Of a DNA stretch of 64,000 nucleotides, positions 25,319 through 38,112 are shown piece by piece. The position numbers were made by a program, and so were the translations under genes. The stretch is taken from positions 462,809 to 526,808 of the forward strand of contig NMRA01000060.1 of NCBI GenBank assembly GCA_002633005.1. The letters are read 5' to 3'. The notes beneath the pieces are model-generated. The model did not search any database. It worked only from the letters and a program-made list of their open reading frames with translations, and was not told the origin of the DNA. The DNA comes from Phoronis australis. Its lineage: Eukaryota; Animalia; Phoronida. The stretch's first letter is position 1. Each line of letters starts with the position of its first letter.

Positions 25319-27014
25319 CTCGCTGGTTCCCTGCGTGCTGCTAGGTGGTAGCCAGCACACCGGTATCACTTAATTTTCCTCGGGGGAAATTTTTTGCACC
25401 GGCGTTTCTGATTGGCTGGTCGAATTCTCAACAGGCTGCGCTTTATACGCAAACAAACTAGCTTAACCGCAAAAGGTACCCGCTCATCCAAAACCTTTAC
25501 GGCAAACAGATGGCGCTGGATGCAATGATGCTTTACTAACAGGCAGCGCTGCTTACAGTCATGTGACATTCTTGTGTGAACTGAATCTTGTGTTGATAGA
25601 ACATTAAATACAGACGTTTCTACTTGGTGAACCATCAGCTGCCGTGTCGTGCCACAGCCAGTCCGGTCTGCTGGGCTCAGTGTTGTTGGCTAACGAGACA
25701 CTGAACGAAAAAGAAAATATCGCAGAGAATAAAACCTAACATGTATATCACCATGTATAATTCAAGCATAATTTAAAAAATATCAGTAGTGGTTGTTTCA
25801 ACCTAATTAAAATTATGGTTGTGAAGTTGCCAAAATCTCGCCGGGCGGAAAAGTGGCCGGGCCCGGTTTAGTAGCCTCACCATGGTCACGTTCACTGAAT
25901 ATATATTTTACCCCAGCGTTTAGGCCGAGCAACCACAACAGCATATATTATTAACACTTTCATCTTAATTATATGTGATAAATAGTTGTTACAAATGGGG
26001 TTTTAAACATGGAATGTCGGACACAAAGATTTCTTTTCCACACAAATTCGCCACTCATCAGGACATACACTGTCTGGTTCATGAACTCTCGTGACCTGTG
26101 GTTACAGTCAGCAGCAGCAGAATGTAGGTCAAGGTTCTTGGTTAAGATTCTCTGGCAGACAGTCTTACTTGAGCGATAAAATGACACGTGATTGATGAAA
26201 AGCGCCATCTGTTAGCCGTAAAGGTTTTGGATGAGCGGGTACCTTTTGCAGCTTAACCAGTGGTGGAGGAAGCGTGTGTACAGACAAAGGTGCTTAAAAT
26301 TTATGTTCAGGAAACATAAATTCCAGAAATTGTGGTTGCGCCTTTTCGGAGTGCTTCTTTTTACTGTCGAGGCGATGACTTTTGTTTACGATACTGTCCT
26401 GTATTCATCATACTGATAACACACCTGTTAAATCAGATTACATGTGTCAGTGTGCTTCACTGGCAAGCACGCGGCTATTATATATTACTGCAGAAACGAA
26501 ATAGTTGCCGCTACGATCCGCTTGAATCATGATGACAAGGCTAAAAATCGTTCATAGTCCGGCCGTCATTTTTTCACGTTGTTGTAAAGATATCAACCGC
26601 CGAGCACGTGCTACTGCGTGATACCTGCGTACTGCAGGGTTAGGCACGTAGAAACCAGCGAGCTTTTAGCCTTGTCATGTAAGTGGATTCAGTAGCAGCA
26701 ACTATTTCGTTTCTGTAGTATAGCCGCGTGCTTGAAACACTCTACAGCAACCGTAAGTCAGCGACAGTAAAGGCGCAACCACAATTTTCTGAGATTCATA
26801 TAAGCACCGATTTGTCTGTACAACACTGCGGACGTACCACTGACATTTACACTTCCTGCATCAGTCATGCCAGTCTGTTTGCGTCACACAGCGCTGCCTG
26901 CTGTTGACCAGCCAATTAGAAACGCCGGAGTAAAAAAAATCCCCGCGAGGAAAACAAAATGATACCTACGTACTTTGCTGGCAACCACCTAGCGGCACGC
27001 AGGGAACCAGTGAG
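25319..27014. mobile_element. Long degenerate palindromic (foldback-type) element
   Basis: Outer arms ctggttccctgcgtgctgctaggtgg...gattggctggtc (25323-25430) match the reverse complement of 26905-27010. Inner arms ~26275-26550 match ~26655-26825 reversed, with the centre near 26600. Confidence 0.75.
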
Positions 27015-27106
27015 CTCTCTTCACAGCTTCACTCAGTATACGGACGCGTACCACGCTCATTCGATACTGGCAACGTCATTTTCCGTAAGCCTGGCGCCAT
27101 AATAAT

Positions 27107-27417
27107 CAGGGACGGATCCTGGATTTTTGAGTTGGGGGGGGGGGGGGGGNGCACAGGAATAATCAGAATTTTGCCCCATGCGCGCGCTTAGCCTAAAATG
27201 TAGGGATGCAGCGGTCTCGAATTTTTGGGTTTGTCAATGGACTTTATTAGTAAAAAAACGGTAAATGGCGTTTGTTCAAGGCCTGTGCATTATGCATTCG
27301 CCGCCGAACCGGCCCCTGGGTGCGCGCGCATATGCCTCTCCGAACTCCCAAATGGTATCTGGGGGAAATTTTAGGGGGGCCATGGCCCCCTTGCCCTCCC
27401 CCCCAAATCCGCCACTG
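27107..27417. mobile_element. MITE of the CAG(T/G)GGCGGAT...ATCCGCCACTG family (family B) with a 5-bp TSD
   Basis: Ends are cagggacggatcc and aaatccgccactg, flanked on both sides by ATAAT. Related ends occur at ~44271-44376, ~56566-56764, ~58073-58290 and 58365-58419. Confidence 0.7.
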
Positions 27418-28274
27418 ATAATGTACATAAATGTAGAGCTTGGGAGACGTTTTGCTGAAAAATCGGTCCTTCGTTTTTTCTAACGGAAATTTAAGAAACG
27501 GAAACTGTTTTTCAATAGCCTAAAACCGTACATACGTAAGATGCTTCTTTCCTCCACTTTGACTATTCACCACTAACTTCACTGCATGCCGTATTCAAAC
27601 GATGCAGCGAATTTTATTTTTTAAGCCATACTAAAGTTTCTTGTCACTTGTTTAAACTTGGAGGAAATCCCGAATATGGAGACGGTTTCCAAGCAACACA
27701 CTTTTTAACCAATGAATCTTGTTCTGAAAAGCCAGATCCGTATTGAACATGTTCACAGCCAATCTCGGCTGCATGCTTTTGCTGCACTTAATTTCGAAGT
27801 GAATTTTCGACTCACTCGTCTAGTCTGTTGCACGTTTATCGTAGACCAAGTGAGGCATAAGTCGTATTTATTACAACAATAATTCGCGATTTATTCCAGT
27901 AATAATTCTTTAGCCGGCAATCAGAGGCCAGGCCGAGGAATATTTCCAGTATGAAAATAATTATTAGTGGAATAAATATTAATTACTGTAATTATTCCTG
28001 GCATCTAATTGGTTGTTTTATACCGGTAATAAATATTTTACTGGACTAAATATCAATTTTGTTACTCCAACGCCTTGTTGGGAAGCAAGCATTTTCTGGA
28101 TAAGGAAGGCGTAGCCTCTTTAAACTTGAAATAGTTGACTTGCCTTTTCGTTTAAGAAAAACTATTTTGTGATGCAGATTACAATACGTTGTAAAAGCAA
28201 TTGTTTCTGAACACAATTGCGATATTTTTTGAAAAATAATTCCCTAGTTACAATTTTTATTTTTTTACTTTTAT

Positions 28275-29575
28275 CTCTGTATCTTCAAAAGTCCTTAACA
28301 TAGGCATCTATTAGTGTAATTACGCTATCCTCGCGTTTTAGGATAGATTCGAGGTATTTTGCACTATTTTTAGTGTTTTTTTATTTATTTTTTTTGGCGC
28401 CTGAACCTCTGTCAACCAAACCACTCGAAATTATGAAACTTGGCATGTTCTTGCTGTGAAGGGGCGGTTAACCATGATTTTCCAACAACTTCGACCACTG
28501 TGACGCCTCCTAGTGTCAGTTTTGTTTTTGAGCAACGAAGCATTGCTGCTCACAGGATTATTATAAAAATTTACAGATGTGTTGCTGATTAGAAGGTCAC
28601 GACTGACGTTGACTGTCAGACGGGTTCGACTACTACATGTATGTCGCCCCCTAGTGGTTATTTTGGTTTTTTTGCGTCTGCGGCCGAATCTCCTTAACAC
28701 TTTGAAGAAGCTTTGTGAAATTTGAAATATGTATTCCTATGGAGCTGTCGACAAACGAGCATCGAACTGATCCAAATACCATTGTGCACACTTGAGGCGA
28801 AACGTTTGCCTCTAATGTTTTTGGGTTTCAGAAATTTGTTTTCATGAAATTCGGCAAATAGGTTTCTATTAAAGAGGCGGCAAAGCTTTCTTATTTTCAG
28901 ACATATTTGATGTTTTCTGGTCCACCTGGTGGGCATTTTTGTGCCTTCTGCTTTCGTTTTCTGGCGTCCACCTCGCTATCTGTCATACGGCTTAATCGAT
29001 AATTGATTTTCCCATGGGTCTGACAACTGGGTCAATCACCCCCTGGTGGCGATTTTATTTTGTTGCGTCTGAGGCTGAATCTGCTTAACCCTTTGAAAGA
29101 GCTTTGTAAAATTTGACAGATGTGTTCCTATGGAGCCGACGACAAATGGCAACAAATCTCGAACTAATCCAAATACCATTGTGCCCCCTATCCTCAAAAG
29201 GTTTTTTACGTTTGCATCTTTATCTTCGGAGTTCTATGAATGTATTTTCATGATATTCGGCAGATCAATTTTTGTTAAGAAGACGACAATGCTTTCCCAA
29301 TTTATGACAAATATGATGTTTTCTGCGCCACCTGGTAGTCATTTAAAAACTTTCGCGTATACTTTTGACGTCTGCCTTTCTATCTACTAAACCACTCAAA
29401 AATGATAATGGAAATTGCTGATGCTGAGACCATGGGCCATGTTGATTTCCGGGTGTTTTTGACTATTCTGGCACCCCTTAGGGGCAATTTTGTGTTTTTA
29501 CATCTACAGATGTATCTCCTTAACTCTTTATAGGATTTTGGGGAAATTTGGCAGATGGGCTTCTAATGGAGGTTG
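28275..29575 (+). mobile_element. Truncated third copy (core repeats only) of the HINE-like family
   Basis: ataggcatctattagtgt..acgctatc..gattcgaggtattttgcac and gcgcctcctagtg match 12336-12545. No termini recognised. Confidence 0.6.
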
Positions 29576-31216
29576 GCAGCCTAAACTGCTAAGTACATTG
29601 TAGAGACGGTGGCACTGTCTATACTTGGGCCTGTAGTACAGCGGTCTGTAAACTCCCTCAAACTTGGCCTTGAAAGGCGTGCGGAAAACGGTTTAATAGC
29701 ATTTTTCGCACATTTTTCAGATGGAATCAAATAAAAATCAACACAAACGTATTTGAATGTGTTCAGCTGCTAGCAATAATTGCGCAACATTACATTATCC
29801 GGGCTGATAGTCGATCAATAGATGTTGGTCGTGGTCAATTACGACTAGATAGTTGACTTGGCTTATGTGATAACTGCAGAAAAACTTGGTGAGTTTTCGG
29901 GTAAGATTTTGCCTGAGAGTCTTTCAGGTACGCCTGTAATTTAAAAAATTAAAAGTTGCAGACTTCGCCCTCTGTTGGAAGATTTTACAATCAGCCACTA
30001 AACATGATTGACGACATTGCATCAACGGAACGCAGTTGAAGTTACAAAACGGAATCGACTGAACTGGTTTGAGTATGTGAAATGTCATAAATAAAACATA
30101 ATTGAGTTTAAAAGACACGAAATAGCATTGTGCTTGCGACAGAAGATAAAATAGATAAAATGAAATTGTTGGGTAGACATTTACAAAATGGCATAACTGA
30201 ATAGACGAAAGCAGTTGAGTTGAGGTCGGATTCAAGAATGGCATTGGATATGCATCATCATCAGATTGAGTTTATTTTCTTAAATTGAGTGTCCGATAGT
30301 AGCAATGTCTGCCCTTTTGGCCCCATAGACATAACTCCATTTCACAAGTGTTTAGACCCGACACTACTACGGTGATTGACGGTTTTGCCGAATGGATCAA
30401 AATGCTTCTAACAGCCATTGACAGTACTGCGTAAGTTAGCGCATATCGATACAAATAGACGACAGGTCTACCCACGCAAACGCCGGCATTTACAGAACTC
30501 ATACGCAGATAAATAAACACTCGGTATGGGATTAAAATCGATCAGCCATGAACGGGAAGAATGTACAAGCTTTCAACCAATCATTTTTTTTTTGATTTGC
30601 AGCTTTTGATCGGTTGTAGGGTTGTTTCAATAGTGGCACGATTGCCAAATTGAACCGTGGAATATCGGCCGTCAAAATTTCGCTTTCCTAACAGTGATTC
30701 AATATTCCATGTTTCAAAGTTTTGCTTAAAAACGGAAATTTAAAATCGAAACAACCTACATTTGATTCTACTTTGCTAAGTGCTACGGGTTCCTCCAGCG
30801 AAATCAGAGCAGGACTCGCCCCTGCAAAAGACAGACTAGTTGCCGTTACGAGCGTTTAGAAATAAATTGCGTACCCACGTAAAATTGATCAAGTATTGAA
30901 GACCAATATGGTTTTGCGACCATGCTGTAGACAGAGCAGTGGTTGCCTTACTGACTTCATAAACAGTTAGTTTCAAAAAATCCATCCACTCTGTTTATCC
31001 GATAAGGCCTACCCCGTCCGTTATTTACTAACTTGTTTTCATGGAAACTACTATAGAGAAACTATCACTGTAAAGGTATTACATTTAACATTTTGACAAA
31101 AATGTAGTAAGAAGCAACAATAAACCCGCGTAATGGCAAACTGACATTTCGTTATTGCTCCAGACCAAGCTCACTCTGACCAGCCAACTTGTTAAGCCTA
31201 ATCTCAAGCAATAAGG

Positions 31217-31443
31217 TATGCGCGCACCCGAGGGGGGGGGCTAGGGGCTCGAACGGAGCCCCCCTTTTTGGCGAAGTAGACAAAAAAGTCCGCCTCAGAG
31301 AAGCAAAAACTCCGAAATAAAGTAGAAAACAAGACAAAAGTCCACAAAAAGCAGGAACTACCAAAAGTCGACGAATGCACCCCGTGAATGTTATAGTAAA
31401 AGGTCCACATTCTCAAAAATTCGAGGCTGGGTGCGCGCGCATG
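31217..31443. mobile_element. MITE family A, copy 2, with apparent 5-bp TSD (TAAGG)
   Basis: Ends are tatgcgcgcaccc and ctgggtgcgcgcgcatg, the interior is colinear with 10286-10521, and taagg lies on both flanks. Confidence 0.75.
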
Positions 31444-34400
31444 TAAGGAGCTGTTTAAGCCACGAAATCACACCTGTTTTCGCTAACAAATAATTTCATA
31501 GATAACTGGACTCAATCGAGACTTGGTTTCCGTCACGGAAGACGTGTTGAAATAACTGTTTCATTTCTAGCAAGTATAATACAACCAGAAAGCTCAGGAT
31601 CCCCCACTTCGACATGCGACCATGCAATAAACGCCACCGACACGCCATTTTCAATTGTTGCGCTGGAGAGTTTTTTTTGTTGACACTAGAAGTCGACGCT
31701 ATGAGAAATGTCTGAGAAGCAGTTCCTTTTGTTGGGGAAACCGTGTCATATTCAATGCACCCAAGCTCCACTAATATGCGATTTTCAGAGACCGAATTAC
31801 TGTCGTATTTGTCTTTTTCTAAGCTGAAATGACGCTTTCCATAGGTACACGCAGGGTGATCGTGTAAGGTAGCTACGGCACAGAGCCAAAACGAGCCATC
31901 GTTGAAAATTTAGGAGCCACACTCTATCAAAATGTGTCAAACTGACCATGAAACGAAAATTTCTGAAATGCTTGATGAGCACAGAAGCGTACCGTGGCCG
32001 AAATAATACAGAGGCGATTTGAGTCACGTCATTGAGTTTTCTTTTTAAAAATCGCTATTTGCAAGCTAATCTCCGAAGACTAAACTGCATTCGCTTATTT
32101 CCTTGCTAAAGGGTAAACATGAAGTATGTTACGCGTGGTTAATTCATGATCACATGATTGTAAACGATCGTAAATGTGTATGTAAACCAAAGTAGGCGTT
32201 CGTGTAGCTGCAAAGCGCTTTGTGACACAAAAGTAATGCATGTGTAGTGTAACCAGAATGTTTTCACTGCATTTAAAGCAAGTGAGCCGAGATGATCATG
32301 TCCTCAATCAACGCAGTTGTACGCTACTCTTACCAAAGAGTGGGTCCTCAACCATAAAGTCAACCAAATGGAACAGCACATTTAACAATGTACGAGAAAT
32401 TGAAGAAACTAAGATTTATACTTGTAAGGAAACAGTGTGTAGCAACGCCTTGAACACCCACATGTTTACTATGATGTCTCAGTTATGAATCCTTATATTT
32501 TTTAAGGAAAGAGACCTCATTGTTCCGTTGAGCCTCACTCCAAATCCGCCAATGACGACATGTACTCAATTGTATCAGAGGCTATCGAGATTAGCGAGAT
32601 TCAAAGTAAGGAAATTAATGATACTAAGTTATTAATTGCAGCCAATCAGTGCTCTGAAACTATTTTAGTCTTAACTTAGACAGAAATAACAATGCTGTCA
32701 TCCTATCACAGGTCGTGTTGCTGTTGTTGAACAATAGTGACGTCATGACAACATGAGACTTTCATTAACCAGTGGTGCGCAAGGCGTGGGTTCATGTATG
32801 CGGTGCAAAAGTCTCACTGAACTGTGTTTGGACGTCACAAAATGTATAAAATTGCATTTCTCCCTATTTAACTGAATAATAAACGAAAATAGAATCACCA
32901 GTCTTTTTACGCATATCATAAAATCATAGTATTCCTTGCCGTTTATGGTGATAAGATTTCCAACAACATCCGACGAAGCCGCCAGAGACGCACGAAAATA
33001 TTCTAGAGTTCAATGGAATTGGCCAACCCAAAAATCGTGAAATTAGAAGTTGCGACGGTATGCATGAGTTGCAGGCTCATTTGACAACAAATCTATTCGG
33101 TAATGTTTTGAATATTCCGAAGGACTTCGCTTGAAAATTCGATGTAGCTCAAGCACAGACGAAATATTTATTACTTAAGCACCTTTAGACTGCGTTATAC
33201 TAATTATTATTTAAACTCAAAATAAGGTCAAATTATGATATTCTAAAATGCCCGGTAATTTGTTCACGAGGTCTACAGATGTTAAAAAGACCACAGTGGA
33301 GGTGGTGAGTAGTGTTTCAAATGTGGAACTGCGTTGTTTGATGGCGGATTGGTCGGAATGAATTTACCTCAACGCTGTCGATGAATCGGATTTTTTATCT
33401 ATCTTCTCGTTGTCAAATTCTTCCAAAGACGTAGTTGTTTCATCCACTCACTGCTCGTACACATCTAAAAGATTTTCACCCATTTTGTCTCGTTAATGAT
33501 TTTTGTAGGCTGCTTTGCATACTCCATTGATATTTCGTTGTTTTCAGCGAATGAACGTCGCAACAACAACTCTCTCTAAAAACTAAAGGAGTAATATTTA
33601 GGTTATTTATGATGCAGTTTTACTTACGCAATCATAACTGTTACCGTGAAATGGCCAGTGAGAATTTAAGGCACCGCTACATTAATAAAAAATGGCTCAG
33701 GGCCTGTGAGCATACTAGAGTTAGTTCAATTGATTACGATGGAGTTAGTTTGTCACTGCTTTGAATTCAATGTGAATTCCTTTTGCAACCATTATCAAGT
33801 GAACGAATTCGTCGGGAGCGAGTAAAACTTGTAAAATTCGCTTACGTTCGTTTCGTTATGGTGTGACAGACTGATTTTACGATGCCCTTGGGACACTTAC
33901 AATGTTTGTAGACAGACGCACCATGCAAACGAGGAAAAGTGCTTGTCACGGTATGAAAGGCGTATACAACTGACTTCACTTTCAGCTGAATATACATAGA
34001 AACAGGAAGGCATGCCTGAATAAATTAGTATTTGGTGAAAGTGATTCACGTTTATAATGCCATCTAAATATTTATATTTTCGTTACAACTATAGTATGCA
34101 CTTGCTCAAACCGTGTGCAGATACAGCGCGTGTGACTTTCTCGAAAACGTGGCCTCGATCACAACACAAGGCACTTTCTTAGACCGCCAGTGAGCACTGG
34201 AAAACTTTTAAATACTGTCAAACTGTGCGCCGGAAAATAGTTTCCCCCAAAATCGTTTGTGACATGAAATTCATTACAGGGGAGGCACCTTAAATTCAAT
34301 CTTATCACAGAATTTAAATTGACTTTATTGCAAACCACCGATTCAGTCATCTGTAACTAAGGGTGCCATTTAAAGCTAGTGAAAATGAACCCGCGACCCG

Positions 34401-34534
34401 ATCGGATGTTGCGTTGCTTATGTGCAGAAGCTAACTTTTGATTTAGACCGCTTACCGTTATCAAATTGTTCCTTATTGCTTGACAAGCTGGCTTACGACG
34501 TGAAGCTCGGTTAAGACTTAACGAATACCAAAGC

Positions 34535-34810
34535 TTATTACCAAATGTGTACCCGTTGCATACATGTTTCGTATCTAATTAATTGCTGGTATTCCAACCA
34601 ACTGATGTGCATTCGTTGGGACACTGTGTAGTCATCCGGACTCTAATGATGTAAGGTAAGATGGTGTTCTTTCGCACCCTTACTTATTTACTATTTATGT
34701 AGATGGTCTTAGTGATCGTTTGAACTCTTTGCTGGTGTTTGTCTCATACTTGGGTGAATCACCTCATCTATGCTGACGACATGGTGCTACTTGCAACCTC
34801 TACTGGCGGT
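34535..34810 (+). pseudogene. Degenerate non-LTR retrotransposon reverse-transcriptase fragment
   Basis: Frameshifted translation gives WYSNQLMCIRW...VR*DGVLS.PYLFTIYVDGLSDRLN...VNHLIYADDMVLLA. This corresponds to the QGGVLSP and YADD RT motifs (YADD at 34769-34780). Confidence 0.85.
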
Positions 34811-35254
34811 CGTAATAAACTACATGTATTAACTGTCACTCCACAAGAGCACCAAAAGTTCGACTCTAGAGTTACCAACACAGATTTTGAAAAAAAATTG
34901 TGTGTACATACATCCTGGTAGGATATGTTCAAAATGTTTTTTCACATTTTGTTGCCTTGATTATCTTGAAGTATAAAGAAACTAGCTACAAAACATGAAT
35001 GAAAAGCACAATTTATGCATAAAATTTAGAAAAACGTGTATCCTGTTGTGACACATAATCATATCTTGAACAAAAGTTGACATCCAAACATAAAACGATT
35101 TCAAAACAATTTCAACAGAATTTAGAATATTGTAAAGTCAATTGAATGGGCACTTCACATTGAAAAAGATCGAGGATTCATAATAGTTATGGCACAAGCA
35201 CCGGGAAATTGTACAAAACCCCTTTTGTAGTAGTGTGTCTACAAATGTATTATA

Positions 35255-35690
35255 GTTAAATGTTCGCCGATGACAATGTAGCCGATTGAACAGGCTTTTC
35301 AATTCAGAAAAGTCGCCATGTTGTCTAACGTGAATTGTGAACACTTTAGCCACTCAATAAGTTACACCTGCGTGATTTAATTACGGTGTAAACTCTTGGA
35401 TTGTACGGAATGTCAGGAAAAGATATGTATCACTAAACTTTACAGCTAGAATATTTGTGAAAATACTATTTTGAGCACTTTAAACCCGTAAACTTTGCCA
35501 CTGATATCGCAAAATTGCCCACCCGACTAAAACAGTGAATCAACATTTGACACACAAATAGCGATAACATTTGAAAGCACAACGAGATTTTGATATTTTT
35601 AATTTCTTTTTATTTCAAACATTAATGCCTTTCCTGTGATATAGGCTTTTGTGTTCAAAGTGAGAAAACAATTTTAGATTCGACCGCTTT
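35255..35690 (+). repeat. Diverged interspersed repeat related to 20500-20975
   Basis: Colinear similarity as described for 20500-20975. Confidence 0.55.
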
Positions 35691-35972
35691 ATACAGTCTC
35701 AAACTCTTAATTCAAAAGAATTGTTTATAAATAATTATGGTCCCTAAAAGGTTGATTCCCAATGATTATAATTATTTTTTCTTGAAACCATTTTAAATGT
35801 AACGAAGTTACAAAAGTTTTCGTTAAAAAGTGTAGAATGTGCATCATTGGGTCATTTTTAGAACAAAAAAGGAAAAAGCCCATCCGAGAGATTTTTAAAA
35901 TTTGTTCACATATCCAAGATCTCCATGATAGCAAGTAGCAGCATATATTCAAGAAAACAACAACGGTTTTAA

Positions 35973-36020
35973 AACTTGACATGTTTCGGTGTCATTTATT
36001 AAACACCATCCTCAGAAGTC
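35973..36020 (-). ncRNA. Minimal type I hammerhead ribozyme of the Penelope-like-element type
   Basis: The - strand reads GACUU CUGAGGA U GGUGUU uaauaaau GACACC GAAA CAUG UC AAGUU. This gives stem I GACUU/AAGUU, core CUGANGA, 6-bp stem II, GAAA, palindromic ACAUGU stem III and a GUC cleavage triplet. Confidence 0.8.
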
Positions 36021-36449
36021 ATAATACAGTGGCCACCTAGCTAGGCCCAGCAACAAGTAATGAAGCACAGATACAGTCAGTTACAGGGAGTGACAATGAA
36101 CTAGACCAACAATGACAACCAAGATCTGTCCATAAAGCACAGCGCCACAAACCGGCTTGTGGAAGCACTTGAGTGACACCCACGTTCAGCACTACAAAAA
36201 TGTTTCCGGATCTCCCCTGTCACATGATAAATATAGCGAAATCATTTGTATCACTTTTATTTTGTAGTACACGAGTTTTTCTCTCATCGCATGCAATTTA
36301 CTTGTTTTTATATTGGAAAATGCTGTTTTCGGTATGCAAAAACGTGACATCTTATTTGTAAACCTTTGAAGGCCTATAGGTAAAAACCAAGAAGCCAATA
36401 AGTGAAAAATTGGAAATTTTTGTGTCAGAGCTACATAGCGATGACACAN

Positions 36450-36559
36450 GTTTACAACTGACCGATCTCGGATTATATAATGTTGTGTACCAGAACTTGA
36501 TTGTACGGATGCTCTCATAAAGCTGTTTACAACTGACCGATCTCGGATTATATAATGTT
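36450..36559 (+). repeat. Exact 35-bp direct repeat, two copies 40 bp apart
   Basis: GTTTACAACTGACCGATCTCGGATTATATAATGTT at 36450 and 36525. An N lies immediately before the first copy. Confidence 0.85.
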
Positions 36560-37747
36560 TTAACAATTTGTTTAACAGCTTTTCATGTACAATGGTTAGA
36601 TAATCACTGATGGGCAAACACTTGAAAAAAATATTGAAATATTATTATCAATTATTGAAATAATTACGCGGCATCTCTTCGGACAGTGTGACAGTGTAGG
36701 AAGAATACCAAACATGCTTCCTTCAGTTGTTCCGGAAGTTTCGTTTTTAAAGAAATTGTCTAAAAATTAATTAAGAAGAAGGCGTAAAGTCTCCAACTAG
36801 CCTGCACCTACACTCAGTGCACTAACGTACCTGCAAAATGTTAAAATCCTTATTGCATGATAACGTAATCGAATTTTAATTTATTAAATATCGTTCCAGT
36901 TAAAATGCTTTTTGAAGATACTCCTACCGCTTTATTGTGGTTGAATGCTACAGAAACAGTTGAGTTTTTCTAATATCAATGGGTGTAGGAAAAACGAATA
37001 AATCAACTTTCAAATACAATATCACCTAGTTATGAAATGACTGATCTGGTATGTCCTATAAATATCCTATGCAAACCCAAGAAGTGGTCTATCATCTGTA
37101 TATAGAGAGCTGGCAGACCGAACAAAAGAATGCAAGCAAGTCTGTCCAATAGAAAATAAAACCCTTACCTCAGAAGCGAGCTGAGCAAGAGAATTATACA
37201 CGTAGCTTAGCTCATAAGGTCAATAATGGAGCCACCCTCGCACAATGAGCTGACCGGTTACTAACGTGCTCGACATTGATCGATGCAAAACCTTAGACAC
37301 ACAGATTTGTAGTTTTTGTTAAGTTTTTACAATCTTCTAAAAGAGGACATGTTCCTTGATTATGATTTTCAATTCCCAACGACGTGTTCTTACCTGTCTT
37401 TCAAGGCAACATAACATTGAGCACTCTAATGAAACACGTAGCTTCAGCAAAGCAAACTCTTTCGATACAAACTTCATCTATTCCTGTGTGGCGTTATCGT
37501 GTACATTACTACAAGTCAGCCTTGTGGAATGTATTTCCCTCAGGCTCGAAATTCTTGTTATGGAAAGTACTGAAATATTTGGGCCATCGCGTCAAACTTT
37601 GAAGCTCTGTGTATAGGATAGTCACTGACAGCTTGGCAAATGTGTCCGTTGCATAGTCCGTTCATTTTATTCAAAAGACGTATTTTAAGACGATTTTTTA
37701 ATAATAATCGTCTACTTTACACACCTAAAGTTAAGAACGGATTCCCT

Positions 37748-38112
37748 GGAAAACAAAAAAGGCTCTAGAGTGCAGCCAAAACGACTTTTCGATATTATTC
37801 AGATATCATTCTAAGGTACAACAGTAGACAGAAAACAAAATATTGTAACATAAGTTCACGTCACATCTCAATGCATGGCACAAGATCTGTCAACTAAAAA
37901 CTCTGAAAGTTCACTGAATAAGAATGGTGGAGCATACATGCTGGAGTCGAGGCAATTTTTAGTTAACAAATCTTTTACCATGCATTGTAACGTGAAGTTA
38001 ACGTTCCCTTAAGATATTCCATTTTCTGTCTACTATAACACATGGGGATGATACTTGGTTAATATTGAAACGTCATTTCCATGCTGCAGTCTAGCGTCGT
38101 TTTTTGTTTTCC
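37748..38112. mobile_element. Old palindromic MITE-like element
   Basis: ggaaaacaaaaaa..ctaga.tgcagc...agtagacagaaaa...caatgcatgg is mirrored by ccatgcattg...ttttctgtctact...gctgcagtctag..tttttgttttcc. Confidence 0.7.

Noticed and set aside
36450-36559. CRISPR-like repeat-spacer-repeat (35-bp repeats, 40-bp spacer)
   Set aside because: Only two repeats, no cas genes, a eukaryotic context and an adjacent N. A local duplication or contig-join artefact is more likely.
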